This document shows, piece after piece, positions 12,344 through 23,900 of a DNA stretch of 64,000 nt (its first letter is position 1; each line of letters opens with the position of its first letter). Position numbers and translations under genes: made by a program. Below the pieces are notes generated by a model. The model was not told the DNA's origin. It worked only from the letters and a program-made list of their open reading frames with translations, and searched no databases. The stretch comes from Anthoceros angustus (taxonomy: Eukaryota > Plantae > Anthocerotophyta). The stretch spans positions 2,480,001 to 2,544,000 of the forward strand of contig MU008159.1 in assembly GCA_010909165.1 (NCBI GenBank), written 5' to 3'.

Positions 12344-12984
12344 GATTAGATGCAGCTATTGAATACCTAGCCGTTAGTACCCCTTTAGTCTTATAAAGGT
12401 GCACCTCTGCCTCGTAGTCAACTATCTACTCCGGATGTTCCATCAACTTAAAGCTTCAAATTGTAATGGAAATTCTGTAGCGATGCACTAAAGACCTGGA
12501 ATGCCTTGTGCACCTTCTGATATCCAGGAGAGGCGGAAGAAGACCCCATCCGAGGTTCAGCAGGACGTGACCACTTTACGGTCTATTTATTCAGCTATTG
12601 AGGTGAGAATGCCACTGGTATGTTCGTCCTGGTTGTTAGACCCTACAGAGGGCGGGTTTCCTTTTCTGTTTTTTGTGGGTGCAACTGCAGTCTATCCAAG
12701 CCCTTAACATGCTGAAGGGTCCGAGTAGGCATTACCGTATGTGGGCATCATGCCGGTTCATTCCTCCCACACGAGGAGGGAGCACGGTCCATCGCAGATG
12801 TGGATGCGGCAAAGAACTGGCATGTATAGGGTGCACGAAACAACTTTCTTTGTTGTTTTTGTGGACTGTAAGGGTTTCCAATACAAGAACGTTATATAGG
12901 TCACTACAAGGAGGGGCTACCTTTTACAAATGGGTCTAAGTTTAGTTAGAGGAAACTACAACACTCTTACTACAGCTCAAAGCC

Positions 12985-14105
12985 CTGTTGTAAGTTTTTG
13001 AACATTTACAACAAGGGTTCCTAACTAATATGATGTGGCATGGATTTTACAATGTGGTTTGTTGACATGGCATGTTGACAATTTTACAACGGGATTTGTT
13101 GACATGGCATGTTGACACAAATTTTACAAGCGGATTTGTTGACATGGCATGTTGACCATTTACAGGGGTTTGTTGACATGGCTTGCTCGTTGTACATGAC
13201 GTTGTTAATTGTGCATAAACTCTTTTGATTTAGAAAACTATGGGGGTTATTTGTTAATAAAACTACATTTTGTTGAATTTATAATGACGTCGTAAAGGAT
13301 GTTGTAAACGTACTTGTAAAAGACGTTGTAAACCATGTTTGTTGTAGATGTGGTTGTAAATTGTGCAAGACTTGATTTTTGGAATAATACCATTTATTGG
13401 AATATCTATGAATAGATTTATTATTTGGTGATGTGGCAAGTTCGTTGCAAATGATGTTGTAAATATGTTTCTCTGGATTTATGTTAGTTATGGGATTATC
13501 TTTTTTTTTGTATTACCGACGTGTCACATGCATTGTAGCTATGGTTGTAAAATGCATGAAAACCATTTTATATAAATATCTATAAATAAATTTATTATTT
13601 GCTGACATGGCAAGCTCATTGCAAATATCATTGTAAAATGGTTTCTCCAATTTATGTTATATTATTGGATTATTCATTTTATTGTATATTTCTGGCACAT
13701 GCGTAACTATGGTTGTAAAATGCACAAGCCAGCCAATATCCATGAATAAATATATTATTTGCTGATGTGGCATGTTTGTCGCAAATGCCGTTGTAAAATT
13801 TTGGAAGAGACCTTTTCCTTATTTATGTAATTTATGAGGTTATATATTAGTAAGATTGTTGATGTGGCATGCCTTTTCCTTATTTATGTAATTTATGAGG
13901 TTATATATTAGTAAGATTGTTGATGTGGCATGCTTGCATAAATGCCGTTGTAAATATGTGGAAGAGACCTTTTCCGATTTATGTCATTTTATGAGGCTAT
14001 ATATTAGTGAAATTGCTGATGGCATGTTCATTGCAAATATCATTGTAAAATGTTACAAATTTATCGATTTATAAATAGTGCCAAGCATTGTAAAATGTCG
14101 TGTAA
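12985..14105. repeat. AT-rich array of short motifs resembling CACTA subterminal repeats
   Basis: Dozens of (G/A)TTGTAAA / TTTACAA and GA(C/T)(A/G)TGGCATG motifs in both orientations, plus a 63-bp tandem duplication near 13810-13935. Confidence 0.7.
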
Positions 14106-14109
14106 GTCA

Positions 14110-14760
14110 CCACATCCTTTTGGGCTCAAGCATTCAAAACTTGAGGCATGCATCTTGGCATCTGGTCCACCGAGCGCCCACAAGTGCAAGCATCCAATGT
14201 CCTCTCCACAACTGGAGTGCACCGCCTCAGGGCACCACAATGCTTGCACAGCCTTCAAAAGGTGCTGTAACTCTTGCCCACAATCGTGCCCTCCATGTCC
14301 ATTTGTCCATACAAAATAGTGCCCATCCCATGTCACGACATCCTTTCTCGCTAACCTATCGAAAACCGTGTGTGCCTCTTCCAGCCACCACGCTATGACA
14401 TGTCCACCGATACTTGGCAATAAACAAGTTCGGTGGAATGTCAGCATGCAACATATCATGCGCACTTTTCGCTAGATTCCACAAAGAAATGCACAAGCTT
14501 GAAGGGCTGCTACAAAGATGTGGGCATCCGCCACACCGTGAGCGACACATCGCATAGTAAAGTTGTATCGCCTCATTAGGCTCCCCATGTGTAGCATGCG
14601 GAGATTATTGAAAACCACATGAAGGGATTTGGTTTGCCCACCCTCCTGTAGCCTACCTCCGGATACATACATCCGCAAGATATGGTTCCCCAAGTATGTG
14701 ATTGACTGCACCCAAGTTTGAGTGAGATCATGAACGCGTCATCCCACAACCATGTCCTTC
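14110..14760 (-). pseudogene. PLS-class pentatricopeptide repeat (PPR) gene fragment
   Basis: Frameshifted PPR motifs: TYLGNHILRMYVSGGRLQE, KPNPFMWFSIISAC, DAHIFVAALQACA, PNLFIA, LEEAHTVFDRLARKDVVTW. Ends at the AT-rich array. Confidence 0.8.
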
Positions 14761-15232
14761 TTATCTCGCACAAAGTTTTAGCACGACATATAAGATGGAT
14801 CGAGGAATAGAATAGTCTATCTACGCTAGATTTTAGAGCTCCAACGGCCTCGAAGCTTTCCCTACTCACATAACGTCGATGGTTACAGTGTGTCACGACT
14901 CCCATATCCAATCCGCACACCTCCTGTGCTCAGCTTTCGAGAGCTCGACTTGGAAGGAGAAGCACAATGACCCACCGCATATTCAAAGAAACAAGCTTCT
15001 CATCCAACAAGTCGGCTTGAACATGTTGTTTAACCCGAGGACCTCACCGGACTCCTTGCACGAATGTCGAGCGAGAGCTCCTCTTACCTCGCCTAGTTTC
15101 CCACGCACAAGAGGGGAGTCCTAGGAAGTGGTGATGGGAGGATTACTTGGTGTGGTCACACCGAGAAGCGGTGGCCGCTCAAGTCCGCTACCCGAGTCCG
15201 TAGTCCTATCTATTCAAATAGGTAGGACTCAA

Positions 15233-15488
15233 GTCCTTGGTCTTTGGGGTTTGGGAAGAAAGACTCAAGTCCTTGGTCTTGGGGTTTCGAATGATGTTCC
15301 TTGGTCCTTGGGAAAAGTAGCAAGTAGATAGAAGCCTATTTCGAGTCCTTGGTCTTGGGGTTCAAGGATGTTCCTTGGTCCTTGGGAAAATGGTATGTAG
15401 ATAGAAACCTAGTCCTTGGTCTTCGGGTTTCGGAAGGATGTTCCTTGGTCCTTGGGAAAAGTAGCATGTAGATAGAAACCTATTTCGA
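15233..15488. repeat. About 70-76 bp tandem repeat (3 units plus a partial)
   Basis: GTCCTTGGTCTTGGGGTTTCGAAGGATGTTCCTTGGTCCTTGGGAAAAGTAGCATGTAGATAGAAACCTA units at about 15269, 15345 and 15412. Confidence 0.85.
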
Positions 15489-18352
15489 GGGCCGAGGAAG
15501 GCAACTTCCTTGAACCATGGGAATTCCGTTTTCTAGATATTGCATGTAGGGCTATATATGCATGTTAGGTAGCTCAGGGGTAAAATTGGCCGACTCATCA
15601 AGGGCCGGTCGGGACATGTATACAATCTCGCTACTCCATGGTGGAGTAGTGAGTTCAACCTAGGCCGTGGAGTATACGGTTGAAAATTTTATAGCAACTG
15701 CGAATCTAGGTAGGAATCCTAGTGTACTTCCTTTTGGATTGCGATACGCAATTCAATGGAGATACACTAGGACAAGCTACTGATTAGCGAGCTACATATA
15801 AAGATTTGTAATACAATGATATGCGAGTTCTTGCATATTAGCGGCACAAAGTCGGGCCTAATGAAATGGCCAATCCGGGCGCCGATGGCCTCGCCTGAGC
15901 TAATTTCTAATAGGCAATAGGTATAGAGTTTCGATAGGCCTTCACTTGCGATAATCTACATAGTATGCGAGTGCTGAAAAACCAATCTGAGAGGGATTTC
16001 ACGAAGCATGGTTAGTCGTAACATCCGAAATGTAGAGGCATGTTGAAATGTTGAAATGTCACCGCAGATCTGGAAGAGGTTGAAGGACCTGTATGCATGA
16101 CGAAATGTCATTAGTGTAATGGCAGCATTGAGGTGATTCCACTGAAAAACACATAGGAGTATTTAGATCCTTAGCTGCTAAGGTTGAAGGATCCTCTGGT
16201 GACCTTCTGAGTGAAGAGGAGCTCACACTTTGACTCCTCATCTCACTTCCAGAATCTTGATCTCACTTCCTGAGCTCAAACACAGCATCCACTACTACAA
16301 AATGGGTTTGAATATGACAAGCCATATAAGACAGTCCATATGACGGGTGTTTTTCATCATTTAAATATGACAATACTGGGCGGTTAAGACAATTACCTTG
16401 GGTCGTCATTCATCCAATATGATGTGGTGTGCTTTCGTCTTAAAATCGTCCTTCCCAACTACGCTTATCGGAGGGTTACCCAACCTGCCTGCCAACCAAA
16501 GTCTAGTTACCGTGCACCCGTTGGAGATTGCACTACCCCGCCTAACGCTTGTTCCGACGTATGGAACTGCAACATCGACTCCGCTGCATGTGCAGCAACG
16601 GCTCGGCTTGCACATGTACCGTCATCTAGCAAACCCCTCTCGCCTCACCGCCGGGTGCATGACTCCAGGATATCCGTTGGGGTTTGCCAGCGGACCGTCG
16701 AAAATCAACGGCTTTCTCGATAGCTCCAATTACTTCGCTGGTTCATACCCTCAGACCAAACGCGTTGCGGAACCCTCGTCGGCAGTCCATGGATCTCCCC
16801 CGCTCAAATCGGCAGATCCCTCGAGTGCTATGCCAATGCCCTCGATGCACGGAAAACACTCGCCCAATTCGTGCGGACATTGCAGCGCGACATGAGAGAT
16901 CTTGGGTGCGGCTCCTCGCAGAGGTTAGGCACCATCACTGTTTTTTGGGAATTGTATGTGTGGGGCTTGTTTGGTTGGATGGATGAGCTCCTCACCACGC
17001 ATCTTCTGCCGCAGTGCGGCCAGCCGACGGTGACCTCCACTCTACGCATGCGTACATCTACCCCGATGCCCGGCGTCGACCCGCCTTCCCGCAGTTGCAC
17101 TGCAGCCCTTGGCGCCGCCTCCGCCCAATTCACCTCAACATGTTCCCACAAACCCGGGTATGCAAATGATAGAAGACGAGGCCATTCCGATACTTGCGTC
17201 GCCAGGGGTGTGAGCATGGTTCCGAACATTGGGGATGCTGACCGCTTGGCAGAGGCCATGCGGCAGTTCATGGCCGATACCCCGCCTTGGAAAGCCCTTG
17301 TGGATCAAGCTTGACGGATGTGTCTCATCACACACGGTTATCTGGGGCACTGGCCTTCCTAACTCTGCAGGAGCGCTTCAAGATTTCCGACTCAGCGATG
17401 ACGGCAATCTTCCAACTCCTCTCCACTTCTATTCTGCCGAAGATAAATTCGATGCCCACATCGAAGGGGGATGCTCGGAAAATGCTCCTTCACGTCGGAC
17501 AGACAACACAGCGAATTGACGCCTGTGTGGGCGACTGTTGCCTATTTTGGGGCCCCAGCGTAACACACAATTTGGCATCGTGGTCACCGAGGTTTCGGAT
17601 TGGGCAAACAGGGAAACCTGTGCCCGCAAGACCATGTTCTTCTTTCCGCTTATTGAGCGACTCGTTTGCTTGTCCTACCATTGCGCGCTTGCTCCGTGGA
17701 AGGCGACGGAGTTCGACGGACAACCGCATCATGGCCGATACCCCGCCTTGGAAAGCCCTTGATGCTGTGGGCGGCTTTGGTGGGGAGGATCGAATATTCG
17801 GCTAGGAATATCGACGGATGGCTTTAACCCAAGTGGGCACCGGTCTGCTTCTTACTCTATTTGGCCCGTGTTCCTTTTCATTCATAACCTGCCTCCTTGG
17901 CTTACCACCAAGAGGCATCGCATACTCATGCCCATTATCATACCGGGCCCGAAACAAGTGAAGAATCTTGATGTGTACTTACAGCTCTTGATGGAGGAGT
18001 TGGCCTCCCTATGGACTGGTGTGGCCGCAGTGGATCATTCCAAGGACGTGTCCGACCCTGCCCATTACTTTCTCCTCCGTGCTGCGGTCCTCCACGCTAC
18101 ATGTGATTACCCCGGGCTGGGGGCCCTTTTCGGGCTTCAGGTTCGTGGGTACCAATGTTGTTTTGAATGTGGACCCCTACTTCAGCCACGGTGGTCGCGC
18201 GCTTTGGATAAGGTGGTATGTGATGGGCACCGCAGATGGGCACCTGCAGGTGACCAACTGAGGCTTGAGCATCGTGAGTTTTTCAACAACGAGATAGAGC
18301 GCCGCCCCCCGCCCCCGCCAAGGGCCGTCCAGGACATTATTGATGAGATGGA

Positions 18353-18598
18353 TGACAATTTATATGGATTATGTAGATTAATTACAACATTAAGTAATTA
18401 CAGATTAATTGAGAATCAAGAAAAGAGTCTAAAGTGCTTATGCGAAAAGGCAACTTAAACTTAATCTAAACGATGTGACTATTCACGAAAAGTCGTAACC
18501 CTAACGAAAAGATATTTACCTAACTCAACATCATACTAAGGATTATTTATCGTAACTATCCTTAGACCTATAGTCATGACATCAACATAATACCAATA
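18353..18598 (-). repeat. Copia-1 3' LTR (element-strand termini TA...CA)
   Basis: Direct repeat of 26969-27214, bounded by TSD and PPT. Confidence 0.97.
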
Positions 18599-18878
18599 CT
18601 CCCACTTGTTGAGTGGATCATGACCTAGACATTATCTGAATCACGGTCTTCACTCTCGTGTGCTACCCGTGAGACTGTTGCTGAGCTGCGGTATCACCCA
18701 AACGCGGTTGCGATCTTTCGCGTACACTTTTACGCTCAATCTTCCTGCCAATTCTGAACTCCACATGCAGTACCAGTGTGAAGCCACTGAGATGAGGTAC
18801 ATCTCGCTCATAACCCTGATGTATTTTCTCAGCCTTTTGTTCGTTGAGCATCTGGAGCGTAAGATTGCTGTGCTCGCC

Positions 18879-19692
18879 ATGTCTTCCCCTTCGCCCGAGA
18901 TCGCCTCTGCCGCTGCCAGCCCGCACGCCTAGGCGTGTTCGCACCTAGAACAGCTGCCAAAGTTCAAAGTCCGGCTGTGGCAAACGCCGCAACGGAGCCA
19001 TCACGCAGGAAAGGACGCCCCCGTGGTACTACCAAAGAATTCCTGGCAAACAGGAGGGCTACAACGACTGCTGAAGCTGCTACCGCCGCATCTGTGCCAT
19101 CTCGCGACATGGGTGGCACCTCAGCGCATCGAAGGACTGTGACGAACACTCCAAGTGCTACGAAGACTGTGAGAAAGTATCCTGTGCAGGCTGAGTATGC
19201 TTACTCTGATGACGAGTCGCAGCCATCATTACCCTTGTGTTTCCCTCGGCCTCATGACATTGACAGTGAAACCAAGATTGTCAGTATTGGCTGCATCGAG
19301 CATCCTCGTACCCCTGTGTGGTACAAGATATATGTCAACGGCGTCAAGGTGATCATGAAGAGGGTTTCGGTGCGCCTGTGTTCTCACTATCCAGGGCATG
19401 TTGTAAGCATATATAGTATGTCTCTGAAACTGGCTACCTGTTGCTTACTCTGTTCAGAAATTGCTTGCTGTCTATTCATCTCCTTGACACTATCTCCCAC
19501 TGGATGTGAACAGGGTCAAACCAGGTAATCGAGAGAGGCGACTTAGAGATCAAGAGAGAATCTCCTACGAGGAACGCAAAAGACGCAATTCTCCTCGATC
19601 CGATGAAAGCTTCTTCGCCTGTGAGCCTCGACTGCACTCAAGCTAATGAGGATGCTTCTACATCCTTTTCCATGAAGTCGGGAAAGAAATAA
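18879..19692 (+). CDS. Antisense extra ORF of Copia-1 (AT-hook-like motif plus unknown conserved domain), frameshifted in this sequence
   Basis: GCCATG at 18879 (MSSPSPEIASAA), frameshift into track ORF 18935-19528 containing RRKGRPRG and AYSDDESQPSLPLCFPRPHDIDSETKIVSIG...IMKRVSVRLCSHYPGHVVS. Homologous ORF at 61500-62205. Confidence 0.65.
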
Positions 19693-20932
19693 GCTTTGAT
19701 GAACCTTCGATGATGACTCGTGCTACTAGCCCGAGAAAGTTAGGCGATTGAAGTAGTGGCTAGAGATTCCGTGAATCTCCTAGCCCAAGACTTTTCATGT
19801 GTTTGAAGTGCAGCTCTCGGCTTCGTGCCTTGGTAAGTATATCTCAAGGATTGTCCTGTGTTGGCACATACGCAACTCTATCTTACCACCGCCACTAACC
19901 TCGGATGTAGTGATATTCCACTTCCACGTGCTTGGTGCGTGAGTGGAAAATCGGATTCTTAGCCATGGAGCCTTGATTGTCCGTATGGATTGTCGGGCAT
20001 GTTGTAAGCATATACTGATCGTCAAACGGCAACTGTTGCTTAATATGTTCGAAATTGCTCATTGCCTTGTTCATCTCCTCGACACTGCCTCCCACCGGAT
20101 GTGACAGGTCAAACCATGTAATCGAGAGAGGCGGACTTAGAGATCAAGAGAGAATCTCTTACGAGGAACGCAAGAGACGCAACTCTGCTCGATCGATGAA
20201 AGCTTCTCTTCGCCTGTGAGCTCGAGCTAATGAGGATGCTTCTACATCCTTTTCCATGAAGTCTGGGAAAGAAATAAGCTTTGATGAACCTTCTGACAGC
20301 TATGACTCAGGCTACTAGCCTGAGAAAGTTAGGCAGTTGAAGTAGTGGCTAGAGATTCCTGTGAATCTCCTAGCCCAAGACTTTTCATGTGTTTGAAGTG
20401 CAGCTCTCGGCTTCGTGCCTTGGTAAGTATATCTGAAGGATTGTCCTGTGTTGGCACATACTGCAACTCTATCTTACCAGCTGCCACTAACCCTCGGATG
20501 TAGTGATATTCCACTTCCACGTGCTTGGTACGTGAGTGGAAAATCGGATTCTTAGCCATGGAGCCTTGATTGTCCGTATGGATTGTCGGGCATGTTGTAA
20601 GCATACTGATCGTCAAACGGCAACTGTTGCTTAATATGTTCGAAATTGCTCATTGCCTTGTTCATCTCCTCGACACTGCCTCCCACGGATGTGACAGGTC
20701 AAACCAAAATCGAGAGAGGCGGACTTAGAGATCAAGAGAGAATCTCCTACGAGGAACGCAAAAGACGCAATTCTCCTCGATCTGATGAAAGCTTCTCTTC
20801 GCCTGTGAGCTCGAGCTAATGAGGATGCTTCTACATCCTTTTCCATGAAGTCTGGAAAGAAATAAGCTTTGATGAACCTTCGACTATGACTCGTGCTACT
20901 AGCCCGAGAAAGTTAGGCGATTGAAGTAGTGG

Positions 20933-23900
20933 CTAGAGATTCCGTGAATCTCCTAGCCCAAGACTTTTCATGTGTTTGAAGTGCAGCTCTCGGCTTAGTG
21001 CCTTGGTAAGTATATCTGAAGGATTGTCCTGTGTTGGCACATACTGCAACTCTATCTTACCAGCTGCCACTAACCCTCGGATATAGTGATATTCCACTTC
21101 CACGTGCTTGGTGCGTGAGTGGAAAACTGGATTCTTAGCCAGCGCCATGGAGCCTTGATTGTCTGTATGAATTGTCGTGCATGTAGGAATAGGAATCCCG
21201 AGATCCTCAAACAACAAATTACACCACACAATCTCTTTTGCAGCTGCTGTTAAAACCCTGTATTCTGCCTCTGTGGATGATAGGGCAACTGTGGGCTGCT
21301 TTTTACTGGACCAACAAACTGGTCCACCTGCGATGGAGATGACATAGCCAGAAACGCACTTCCTGCTATCAACATCCCCTGCATAATCTGAATCAGTGAA
21401 GACTTCAAGGTCTAATGGCTTTCCTTTCAGGTGCTGGTATCGAATGCCCAAGTTAGGTGTGCCCTTGAGATATCTAAAGGCCCGCTTAAGGCTTGTCCAA
21501 AGGTTTTGACCTGGATTTTCCAGAACCGCGATAATGCACTAGTTGTGAAGGCAATGTCCAACCTCGTTGTGTTGGACGCATAGATAAGCTTGCCTACCCC
21601 TTGCCGGTAAGGAATACCAACCATCCGATTCTTTTCTTCTTGTGTAGACGGTGACATACTCATCGAGTCGCCGCAAGGGTGTAGCGAAGGCTTGGCGTCC
21701 TTGAGACCGAGTTGTTCGCACTATCAAGGATTGTCCTGTGTTGGCACATACTGCAACTCTATCTTACCAGCTGCCACTAACCCTTGGATATAGTGATATT
21801 CCACTTCCACGTGCTTGGTGCGTGAGTGGAAAACTGGATTCTTAGCCAGTGCCATGGAGCCTTGATTGTCTGTATGGATTGTCGTGCATGTAGGAATAGG
21901 AATCCCGAGATCCTCAAACAGCAAATTACACCACACAATCTCTTTTGCAGCTGCTGTTAAGACCCTATATTCTACCTCCGTGGATGATAGGGCAGCTGTG
22001 GGCTGCTTTTTACTGGACCAACATACTGGTCCTCCTGCGATGGAGATGACATAGCCAGAAACGGACTTCCTGCTATCAACATCTCCTGCATAATCTGAAT
22101 CTGTGAAGACTTCAAGGTCTAATGGCTTTCCTTTCAGGTGCTGGTATCGAATGCCCAAGTTAGGCGTGCCCTTGAGATATCTAAAGGCCCGCTTAAGGCT
22201 TGTCCAATGCTCTTGACCTGGATTTTCCAGGAACTGCGATAATGCACTAGTTGTGAAGGCAATGTCCAACCTCGTTGTGTTGGACGCATAGATAAGCTTG
22301 CCTACCCCTTGCCGGTAAGGAATACCAACCATCTGATTCTTTTCTTCTTGTGTAGACGGTGACATACTCTTACTGAGTTTCTGTCCTGCAGCAAGGGTGT
22401 AGCAGAAGGCTTCGCGTCCTTGAGACCGAGTTGTTCTGCACTATCAAGCAGATACCTTGGTTGAGTTAATGTCATAACTCTGGCTTGCCTGTCCCTCTGT
22501 ATGAGGATGCCGAGACAGCTTTGTAAAGGTCCGAGACTTGACATTTTAAATCTCCTTGCAAGCCTATCTGTGATCATTGTAATAAATGCCTGGCTGTTGC
22601 TTGACAGATCAAGTCATCAACGTACACGGCCAGGTAACAAACTACATCGCCTTTCTTGTAGATATAAAGGCTGCCGTCTGCCAGGCTTTTAATGAAACCT
22701 AAAGCTAGAAGTTCGTAATCCATCTGCTCCATTTCATTGTCGATTGCTTGAGACCATATGTGCACTTAATTAGCCTCGCACATGGTCCTCTTTGCCCTTA
22801 ACCTCATACCGGAGGTTGTTGCATGTATATTTACGTATCAAGCTTTCCGTAAGAAAGTCGTCTTTACATCATACATCTGTAATTCATAATTGTGATGTGT
22901 TGATATTGCGAGGATGATGCGAAGTGTGGCTAGCTTCACTACTGGAGCGAAGGTCTCAAGATAATCAAGTCCAGGGACTTGTGAGAAACCTCTTGCTACT
23001 AGCCTTGCTTTATACCTATCAAAGGTACCATCGACTTTAATTTTTAGTTTGAATACCCACTTACAGGACACCATTTTTCCGCCAGAGGTAACTTTGCTAT
23101 CTCCCATGTGCCATTTTCTATCAGTGAATCATACTCTGACTGTATAGCCTTCTCCCACTCCTTGTGGTCAGGTCTACTCAAAGCTTCCACATAGGACTAT
23201 GGTTCTATCGGGTCGAGAGAGGTGGGCGCATGAGTCACATGAGCGGAGGAAGCTCGAAAATCGAGGCCGTGTCGGAGGTCTCCTTTCACGAGTGGGATAT
23301 CGCGAAAGGGTTCGCGGCAGTCTTGGTGGGGGTTCAGTTCTTCGTGTTCTTGAGTATCAACTTCTTCGCCAAAGATCAATCGGGCTGATTATGATCAGCC
23401 TCAGATGGGTAATATCGGGATCCTGCATTTGTGGCTCGGCATAGCGGAGGTTCATTGTCTAACTCGCCTCTACATGTTCCCCACCGCAGGGATGTCCGCG
23501 CGGGAGCTCGAGTGCCATGATCGAAAGATCAAAATGAGACATATGTTGTCCTCGGTGTCATCAAAATGTAGGATGTGTTTGTGCTCCCACCAAGCCCAAG
23601 TGCGGCCCTCATCAAAGGTAACACTTGAGCATAAACCATCGTGTTTGTGGGGACATCATACAATTTGTATGCTTTGATGCCCTCCGTATAACCAAGCATA
23701 AGAAGTTTCCTTGCCTTATCTCGCAAGTTTCTTCCGCTTGTCTCTAGGTATGAAAGCATAAGGTGGCAACCAAAATCCTCAAATGTCAAGAGATGGTTTC
23801 CTACCGTGAATGCCTCATAGGGTGTCTGTCCAAGAATGTTAGTAGGTAACTGCTACGGAGGTAAGTGGAAGTCATAAGTGCTTCCGCCCAATATGGCAAA

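Noticed and set aside
12902-12916. CACTACAAGG as an En/Spm-type TIR
   Set aside because: No partner TIR or TSD found, and the motif array starts about 80 bp later; may be chance.
14765-16025. Solo LTR splitting the PPR gene
   Set aside because: LTR-like composition and a ...GTAACA end, but no matching TG start or TSD could be identified.
18879-19692. env-like gene (Sirevirus type)
   Set aside because: The ORF is antisense to pol and shows no signal peptide or clear transmembrane architecture.
19780-22448. Retroelement with several RNase H domains
   Set aside because: The copies are near-identical tandem duplications with indels, probably assembly artefacts.
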